From Cognaticolwellia sp. (GTDB taxonomy: Bacteria > Myxococcota_A > UBA796 > CAJQPC01): a stretch of DNA of 40,451 nt. Both the position numbers and the translations under genes were made by a program. Numbering within the stretch: position 1 is the first letter of the stretch; every line of letters begins with the position of its first letter. Shown here piece after piece: positions 1 through 6,257 of this stretch. The notes under the pieces were generated by a model. The model searched no databases. It was not told where the DNA came from and worked only from the letters and a program-made list of their open reading frames with translations. The stretch is from contig JBLHMA010000003.1 of assembly GCA_047621545.1 (NCBI GenBank), positions 1 to 40,451 on the forward strand, given 5' to 3'.

Positions 1-1
1 C

Positions 2-355
2 TGGGGATTCGGGCTGACGGTCAAGCCTCTGCTGTGGCGTCGCGACGGCAAGGAACTCTATCCCTTGGTGGGATTCGCTCGCGACGACTATGAGTACCTG
101 GAGTGGCGGGTGGACGACGAGGAAAGGGAGAAGGCCGAGGAGTTCATCCTTAGAAGGATGCAGGGTGTTGCGGGGCTGGGACTGCAGCGCTGGTTCACCG
201 ACGATTTGAGCCTCAGCGTAGACATGCAGGTGGTCAGTCTTGCGAGGGTCTTCCAGTTCGACGGCGAGACTCTGGACGACGACGATGAGATCCTGGTCGG
301 TCAGGGGCTGACCGTGGAGCCAAACGCCCGGCTGATGCTCCACCTCTACTGGTAG
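2..355 (+). CDS. Partial (5'-truncated) protein, probable outer-membrane beta-barrel C-terminus
   Basis: Frame is open from base 2 (WGFGLTVKPLLW...). Amphipathic beta-strand pattern (GVAGLGLQRWF, LSLSVDMQ) and terminal aromatic residues (LMLHLYW). Confidence 0.5.
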   Translation, partial: WGFGLTVKPLLWRRDGKELYPLVGFARDDYEYLEWRVDDEEREKAEEFILRRMQGVAGLGLQRWFTDDLSLSVDMQVVSLARVFQFDGETLDDDDEILVGQGLTVEPNARLMLHLYW

Positions 356-389
356 ACAAGCTCAACCCATAGATATGTGGCTACTCTCT

Positions 390-428
390 TTGGGCATAGG
401 TTGGGCATAGGTTGGGCATAGGTTGGGC
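390..428. repeat. 11-bp tandem repeat TTGGGCATAGG x3.5
   Basis: Units at 390, 401 and 412, plus a partial unit at 423, between convergent genes. Confidence 0.9.
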
Positions 429-496
429 GCAGGGAAGGTCACGGATCAGGGCTTCAATCCCCTGTTCGTGTGCTGCTGGATGTCTACTGCTCGGCC

Positions 497-2152
497 CTAT
501 CTAGGCCACTGCTCCAAGAACCGCACGATCCGGTCCCCAAGCGGACCCAGGCGCTCAAAGAGCTCGTGGTCTTCCACATCGGACTGAAGGCGCAGGAAGA
601 AGGCCTCCTCAAGCACCAGACTGTTGCCAACCCGAAGAGCGATGCCCAGGGCTTCCAGAACCTCGGCAAGCTGCTCTCCAGTCAATCCCCCGCGCAGGCG
701 GCGCGAGACCAGCCAGCCCTGCATGCTGCAGAACTCGTCCAGGTGGAACAGCAGATCCTTGAAGCGGCGGCGCTTGATGCGCAGATCCAGGTCGTTGCCC
801 TGCACGCTGACGGAGAGCTCTCCGCCGCTGCGTCGGTGTAGCTGAAGTAGAGCCACCAACATGGCCAAGTGTGGGATGTGGGCCAAGGCACGTTGGCGCA
901 GACTAACCCGATCCGGGATGGCCCGAGAACGGGGTTCACCGGGGGAAAACAGGCCCCCATGCACCAGCTCTCGGCGGTCGACCACCTTGGGCTGTCCACC
1001 CTCGGTTTTGCGACGTTCTTCCAAGATGCGGTTCACGCCGGAGACCCCGCCCACCAGATCCATCAACGTGGGGGGCAACGCGATGAACAGGTCGGTGGTG
1101 TCTACCAGCTCCAGGAAGGGGCCGGTCTGCTCTCCAGGCTCTGGGCCGGGGTCGTCCGCCAAGGGAAAGGCGTCGATTGGACGGCCGAGCAGCACCCGGT
1201 CTAGATCGGTGGCCAGGCGCGCGGGAGTGATCTCGGCACCGAAGATTCGCCTGTCCCAAGAGCCGTAGCGCTGCTGGAGCTTGGCGTACTCCATGGCGGC
1301 GCCCGGGTGTCCCTCGCTGGCTTGGCGCAGGATCGAGAGGTAGTGCCGGTAGCCAGGATCGCTGAGTGCGACGCCGGCAACAGTGTCCGAGAGGTCTCGT
1401 CGCCAGACCGCGCCCCAGCTCACCACCAGACGGTCGCCCACGCGCCAGCCGTCGCCGCGGCGCACGGCCATCTCCACGTAGGAGCCAACTGGACAGTCCT
1501 CGCCGCCGTGCCAGTCCAGGATGGCTCGGATGTGCCAGAGGGAGAGCTCGCCATGGTCGATCAGGGCCCGCAGGACCACTCGGTAGGCTTCGGGACTGTG
1601 GTCGCTGCCACCGCTGAGCTGGATGCGTGCCGGGCGCTTGCGTGGCCGACCCAGGCCCAGGTCAAAGCTGAGTTGGTGGCCAGGGCGCTGGTTCTTGGGG
1701 GTGGGATAGCGCATGGCGGGCTCCAACAGGGCACGTACCGAGGTCGCGCGGCGCCTGGCCGTGCTGGGGGCCATGTCGGGGACCGAGGCCTGGATGAACT
1801 GCGCGATCCCGGCGGACTGGGGGAGTTCGGTCCGGCCATCCATCAGCTGAACCACGAAGGGGTTCTGCCAGACGGCGCGGGCATAGACGCGCCCACGGTC
1901 CTTGCCGGCGAAGGCGTACTCAGTGCCCAAACGCGTCAGTGCGGGCGAGAGCGTCTTCTCGTCCGTTGCCAAGAGATTGAGCCAATCCCCGGCCTGGGTG
2001 TAGTAGTTCACCGTGCGGACCTCGCAGTCCAGCAGCATGGCCAGGGTGCGGTTGTCGCGCACGCCGCGGGCAACCAGCTCCACCAAACGGGTGAGCAAAC
2101 GCACGTTGTTGGCGTTGGGAATCAGAGTCTGACGGGGAGGCCGGGCGCTCAT
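497..2152 (-). CDS. Hypothetical protein with N-terminal winged-helix (DUF7226-like) domain and possibly further wHTH units
   Basis: 551-aa ORF. IPNANN..LL..L, RTVNYY.QA.DWL.LL, LTRLG and STARRRATSV resemble the wHTH domain seen in restriction-associated proteins (recalled similarity, not searched). Confidence 0.6.
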   Translation of the reverse strand: MSARPPRQTLIPNANNVRLLTRLVELVARGVRDNRTLAMLLDCEVRTVNYYTQAGDWLNLLATDEKTLSPALTRLGTEYAFAGKDRGRVYARAVWQNPFVVQLMDGRTELPQSAGIAQFIQASVPDMAPSTARRRATSVRALLEPAMRYPTPKNQRPGHQLSFDLGLGRPRKRPARIQLSGGSDHSPEAYRVVLRALIDHGELSLWHIRAILDWHGGEDCPVGSYVEMAVRRGDGWRVGDRLVVSWGAVWRRDLSDTVAGVALSDPGYRHYLSILRQASEGHPGAAMEYAKLQQRYGSWDRRIFGAEITPARLATDLDRVLLGRPIDAFPLADDPGPEPGEQTGPFLELVDTTDLFIALPPTLMDLVGGVSGVNRILEERRKTEGGQPKVVDRRELVHGGLFSPGEPRSRAIPDRVSLRQRALAHIPHLAMLVALLQLHRRSGGELSVSVQGNDLDLRIKRRRFKDLLFHLDEFCSMQGWLVSRRLRGGLTGEQLAEVLEALGIALRVGNSLVLEEAFFLRLQSDVEDHELFERLGPLGDRIVRFLEQWPR

Positions 2153-2275
2153 GGTGAGAGTCTATCCAGGTTGCGAACTTGATGCCTTAAGGGAAGGTTT
2201 CCCTTGACATGACAAGAGTCTAACCCTAATGTCGGCCGACCCAGGGGGCCAGATCCCTTTGCGGCGGAGGATGCT

Positions 2276-3307
2276 GTGAGCCAACCGGCAAGCCGACTGG
2301 CGCGACGAATCGAGCAGGAACGCAGCGTTGGACAAGCGCGTCGCGACCTGTCCTTCGACGCGGATCAGCACTACATCGAGGCCGCTCTGCGCGGTCGCAC
2401 TGCCCGTCGGGTTCGCGCCCACCTGCGCCGCCTGGAGCCGGTCGTCATCATGACGCCGCGCTGGTCCAACCCCCAGACTTTTCTGGAGGAAATCGCCTTG
2501 GATCTGGCGGTCGGCGAGCCGGCTGTTGGTTGCCGCACGGTCTCCTTCCGTCCTCTGAAGGGCCGCCGCGCGCCCGAGGCCTGGAGCTTCATTCTTTCGG
2601 TTCTGGGCCAGCTGCGTAGCCGCCGGAGTCAGGGCAACAGTCCGGTCATCGTCGCAGACGGACGTGGATTCCGCTCCGCCGCGCTCGACAGCCTGCTCCG
2701 CGCACAGGACGAGACCGACCACAACCTGGCTCTGCTGGGTCACGGCGCTGAGTACCTTCCCATCGAGGTCATTGAGGATCTGGGCGAGGTTTGGGCTACC
2801 TACGTACAGCGCATCCCCCGTGGACGCCGCACCACTATGTTGCTCGCCGGGAGTGTGGATGCCCGCATGGCCTTGGAGACCGGTCACAAGGTCCAGCTGG
2901 CTGACTATGGTGAGGCCGAGGCTGCTGCAGCCATCATCGGCCGCGTGGGGCCGGCTTCTCGGGTTCATCTGGAGACTGCCGCACGCTTCTCCGGTGGCAT
3001 TCCCGCCGTTGTCGAGGCCCTTGGACGTGGCGCCCAGTCACAGGGCTCCATGCCCCGTAGCCGTGCTGGCCTGGTCCGCACCTTGGGTCCCTTGGGCGAA
3101 GAGATGCGCATGGCGGTCGACATCGTAAAGGCCGACTCCGACTTGGCTGAGCGACTGCAGCAGCTCTTGCGCGGTGAGCCCCTGATCGAGGTACCCCAGG
3201 TCGACAAACCTTTGATGCTCGCTGGACTCCTTCGGCGCGTGCGTTTGCCTGGTGAGAACCGCGTCATGTTGAGAGCTCCAGCCATTGGCGAGGTCGGCGG
3301 AAGCTGA
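2276..3307 (+). CDS. Hypothetical protein, probable catalytically inactive STAND-like P-loop NTPase
   Basis: 343-aa ORF, GTG start after GGAGG. Degenerate Walker A (VVIMTPRWSNPQTFL), degenerate Walker B (LALLGHGAEYL) and a GxP motif (SGGIP). Confidence 0.5.
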   Translation: MSQPASRLARRIEQERSVGQARRDLSFDADQHYIEAALRGRTARRVRAHLRRLEPVVIMTPRWSNPQTFLEEIALDLAVGEPAVGCRTVSFRPLKGRRAPEAWSFILSVLGQLRSRRSQGNSPVIVADGRGFRSAALDSLLRAQDETDHNLALLGHGAEYLPIEVIEDLGEVWATYVQRIPRGRRTTMLLAGSVDARMALETGHKVQLADYGEAEAAAAIIGRVGPASRVHLETAARFSGGIPAVVEALGRGAQSQGSMPRSRAGLVRTLGPLGEEMRMAVDIVKADSDLAERLQQLLRGEPLIEVPQVDKPLMLAGLLRRVRLPGENRVMLRAPAIGEVGGS

Positions 3308-3349
3308 GGAGCGGTGTTCTGTAGAGGGGGCTGATGGTCCCAGAGCACA

Positions 3350-3380
3350 AACGGCGCCCAAAGGGCGCCGTTGCTTGTTT
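3350..3380. terminator. Likely bidirectional intrinsic terminator
   Basis: AACGGCGCCC-AAA-GGGCGCCGTT hairpin with a T-rich flank, between convergent genes. Confidence 0.75.
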
Positions 3381-3394
3381 TCAGGTCGGAGAGC

Positions 3395-3871
3395 TCAGCC
3401 CTTCCCGCCCTGAACCTCGATGGTGCCTTCGTTCCCGTCGTAATCCTTGATGACGAAGCGGAAGCGCCAGTCGGTCGCGGACGAGCAGGTCAGTCCGTAG
3501 GATGCGCCCGGAAAGCTTCCCGTACAGGTTCCGCCCTCGGGGTCGCAGGCAACTACACCAGCTTGGTCCACCATGTTGCCGTCGCGCAGCCACTCGATGT
3601 GGTGCTGGTCGTCAACGTCTTCCTCGCTGAACAGATTGCGTGGGACATCCTCGGTCCCTTGCGGGTCATCAAACTTCACTTGGAAGTTCCAGAGGTCCAC
3701 GGTGCCTTCCCCATCAGGGTGCTCCAAGCACAGGGCGCTGGGATCGCTGAGGGTTGGGGACTGTCCGTCGTCCACAACCTCTTCACCCGTGTCGCTGTCT
3801 ACGACCTCGTCGTCGCCCTTGCAGGCGGTCAAGGACAGGGCTCCAAGCAGAATGCAGAGGTGAATGCGCAT
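3395..3871 (-). CDS. Acidic, Cys-containing lipoprotein of unknown function
   Basis: ATG at 3871 after GGAGA. Signal peptide MRIHLCILLGALSLTA-C with lipobox. Confidence 0.75.
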   Translation of the reverse strand: MRIHLCILLGALSLTACKGDDEVVDSDTGEEVVDDGQSPTLSDPSALCLEHPDGEGTVDLWNFQVKFDDPQGTEDVPRNLFSEEDVDDQHHIEWLRDGNMVDQAGVVACDPEGGTCTGSFPGASYGLTCSSATDWRFRFVIKDYDGNEGTIEVQGGKG

Positions 3872-3959
3872 TGCGTCTCCTAATTCGGAGTGCAGCTTAC
3901 CCCATCTTGAGGCAGGGGAGAAGGCATGGCTTGGCGTTGCAAGTCGATAGCCCCCGCAG

Positions 3960-3991
3960 TGTATATTCAAATGTACATATGTAAATATACA
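3960..3991. promoter_or_regulatory. AT-rich palindromic site, candidate enhancer for a sigma-54 activator
   Basis: Inverted repeat TGTATATT (3960-67) / AATATACA (3984-91) enclosing the palindrome TACATATGTA (3974-83), about 170-200 bp upstream of the predicted +1 at 4159. Confidence 0.4.
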
Positions 3992-4131
3992 TGCACACTA
4001 TGTTGTCAATAAGTAAAAACAGGGACTTAAGATAGTAGTCCGCCAATAATCAGCTGGTATTGTGGACAGAGTACCAAAACTGAGTTCCCAGCTATACACT
4101 TCTAAGTGGCTGAAATCAGGTAGTTCAAAAG

Positions 4132-4148
4132 TTGGCACGGTCAATGCA
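4132..4148 (+). promoter_or_regulatory. Sigma-54 (-24/-12) promoter
   Basis: TTGGCACGGTCAATGCA versus consensus YTGGCACGRNNNTTGCW (one mismatch), with exact GG-N10-GC spacing. IHF-like AATCAGgtagTTC at 4114-4126. Confidence 0.75.
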
Positions 4149-4158
4149 TATGTATTCT

Positions 4159-5670
4159 CCGACACCCGGTTCGCTGGGGTCGGCCGAGAGAAACGCTCGA
4201 ATACGTTCTTTGACGTTGACATTGCTGATTGTAGACGACCTGCTGCACTGCTCCTGCCGGAGCGACCGAGAAATCGGATGTGCAGCGCTTCTGTACGCCC
4301 TCACTTGATGGGGTAGCGGAACAGAGGGACAGGGCGCTTGGGATACCTGGTAATCACCGGGAAGAACGAGGAGCCAGTCGAGCGGAGCGCAGAACCAATT
4401 CGTTGGGAAAGCAAGCTGGCTTAGGACCACCCCTCGGGGCGGAAACCACGGCGCAATCAGTGTCCAAAAGCCCATGGAAGAATCGATCTGAAGGTACCTG
4501 GAAACGGGCGCTGGAGGAAACGGACTCTCCCAGAGGAGTAAAAGCCCTGAAGCTGAGGCGCAGTTCTTTCGAGAATTGCGAGCGTTGACCGTCCGCGGTC
4601 AGCGGAAAAAACAGCAAGAGGGAACGGTAGCTGCGGAGACGTGGTTGCAGCTTCTGGAGAGGGAAAGTCTTTGAAGGGTCATGCGCTACGAGGAGCACTC
4701 CCACACCGTTTTCGGACGGACTAAGAGCGAGCAAAACGGAAGCGAACCTTATGACCGGCAGCAGGATGCAACAAGCCTGCAGCTCAGATGCGGAGAAAAG
4801 CGTCGAGGAGCAGAGAAAGCTCAGGACGTACCAAGTTCACTCTGGCAAGAGTTGAAACAACAGCATGAAGAGACTTTGCGATGGCATTTATTTGCTGGAG
4901 CAGAGGATGAGCGAGTGGAGACACAAGCTCGGGGAACTGATGGCGACGAGGCCAGAAGCTCATTCAACCCAAAGCATGCTGGAGAGGACGCATCGCGAAG
5001 CAAGAGCAATCTTGAGTCGCAGAGAGTCGATGAATTGGATTCAGAGAACAAGGTGGCTGCGCAGCTTGCAAGAGTTGAGGCGCACCCTGGAGAAGAATCA
5101 CAGAATTCGGCACTGACGAGTATGTCGGTGGAGAGGCGGAAAAGCCCTGGAGAGAAGGAGACGGCGAAGCAGCCCGGCAGGTGAGGCTTCATAGAGAAAT
5201 TGAGACGGACAGCGGACTGCTTGCAGCCCGATGAAACCGAGCAAGGACTTGCTGGCTCAGGTACGAGAAGGAGTCTCTGAAGGAGGCGCCAAAGGACAAT
5301 AGGCGGCATCGTCGCAAGACGAAGCAGGCAGTGTGTGAGAAACCTTGAAGGTCCCATCGAAACAGCACGCTCAAACGGCGGAGCCGGTGAAGGCCAAGAA
5401 GGGACGCGAGAAAGGCCAACGACTCGCAGCACACGGTCAGTCAATCAGCAGCAATGTTGGTTTGCCACCTGAAGGTTCAGGCAACCCCACGAGAGGCGAG
5501 CAGAGGCAACTCTGAGAGCTTTAAGTACCCGAATTCTCTGACAGGAACTCCCACGGGCTGGGTGTCACCCTCCATTCCCTTGCGGGGGAAGACGAGGAAC
5601 TCTACAGATGCGAAAGCGAATGTAGAAAAAGAAGAGCCCCGAAGCCGGAAACGGCCTCGGGGCTTTTCTG
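4159..5670 (+). ncRNA. Candidate ~1.5-kb highly structured non-coding RNA of unrecognised family
   Basis: No credible ORF. Sigma-54 promoter at the 5' end and terminator at the 3' end. Many tetraloop hairpins (UUCG, UCCG, UGCG, GAAA, GCAA), G-U pairs consistent with the + strand, and long-range pairing 4216-4246 with 5426-5460. Confidence 0.62.
5631..5670 (+). terminator. Intrinsic terminator closing the candidate RNA
   Basis: GAAGAGCCCCGA-A-GCCG-GAAA-CGGC-C-TCGGGGCTTTTC hairpin ending in TTTTCT, with an A-run upstream. Confidence 0.7.
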
Positions 5671-5705
5671 CGTCTGCAGTTTTTGCTTGGCGGATCGGTT
5701 CCGGT

Positions 5706-5804
5706 GGGACAGTCAAGCCGCGCTGGGGACAGTCAAGCCGCGCTGGGGACAGTCAAGCCGCGCTGGGGACAGTCAAGCCGCGCTGGGGACAGTCAAGCCG
5801 CGCT
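5706..5804. repeat. 20-bp tandem repeat GGGACAGTCAAGCCGCGCTG x5
   Basis: Units at 5706, 5726, 5746, 5766 and 5786 (last one lacks the final base). Confidence 0.95.
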
Positions 5805-6010
5805 ACGACAGTCGAGGCAAGCTCGGTACGGCAGTCGATTCAAGCCCCATACGGCAATCGAGGCAAGCTCGCTGCACAAGCCCGGTGCGGCAGTCGGGTC
5901 AAGCCCGATACGGCAGTCGGGTCAAGCCCGATACGGCTGTCGGGTCAAGCCCGATACGGCAGTCGGGTCAAGCCCGATACGGCTGTCGATCCAAGGCCGC
6001 TGTGGCAGTC
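5805..6010. repeat. 23-bp tandem repeat CGGCWGTCGGGTCAAGCCCGATA, 4 near-perfect copies plus degenerate flanks
   Basis: Units at 5888, 5911, 5934 and 5957, each with an internal TCGGG-TCAAG-CCCGA hairpin. Degenerate copies on both sides. Confidence 0.9.
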
Positions 6011-6122
6011 AAGTCTCGCTGCGTTAGTCGAAGCCAAGATCTCCAAGCCAGCGCAGCTGGACGAGTCGGGCGGCAAGGCGAAGGCCTTGCATAGATGCCG
6101 CAGCTAAATGCGAAGCACCAAG

Positions 6123-6257
6123 GGCCGCTCAGCTCAAGAGGCCGCTCAGCTCAAGAGGCCGCTCAGCTCAAGAGGCCGCTCAGCTCAAGAGGCCGCTCAG
6201 CTCAAGAGGCCGCTCAGCTCAAGAGGCCGCTCAGCTCACGAAGGCCGGTCAGCTCAC
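6123..6257. repeat. 17-bp tandem repeat GGCCGCTCAGCTCAAGA x~7-8
   Basis: Units at 6123, 6140, 6157, 6174, 6191, 6208 and 6225, plus a variant at 6243 overlapping the E1 stop codon. Confidence 0.95.

Noticed and set aside
3955-4130. Replication origin (AT-rich patch)
   Set aside because: Only one poor DnaA-box-like word (TGTGGACA, 4061), and no dnaA/dnaN/parAB nearby.
4210-4237. Sigma-70 -35-like TTGACG/TTGACA
   Set aside because: No good -10 at 17 bp. The segment is better explained as one strand of the long-range helix.
4659-5114. RNase P RNA-like words: GAGGGAAAGTC (4659), GATGCAACA (4765), GATGAAT (5029), ACAGAATTCGGC (5100)
   Set aside because: They are collinear with rnpB conserved regions, but each is degenerate, P4 pairing is poor and the spacings do not fit. 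They may be chance matches in purine-rich sequence. A cmsearch with the bacterial RNase P models would settle it.
3998-5444. ORFs called in the 4.0-5.4 kb region (e.g. 4681-5184 +, 4821-5444 -, 4354-4734 -)
   Set aside because: They lack the GC3-rich codon pattern of the real genes, have no recognisable motifs and overlap each other. Their composition reflects the purine skew. A small peptide cannot be excluded.
4159-5670. 16S rRNA, tmRNA or self-splicing intron as the identity of the 1.5-kb element
   Set aside because: The length resembles 16S, but no universal rRNA motifs, tRNA-like ends or group II domain V were seen, and there is no interrupted host gene.
5706-6257. CRISPR array
   Set aside because: Repeats are head-to-tail with no unique spacers, and there are no cas genes in the window.
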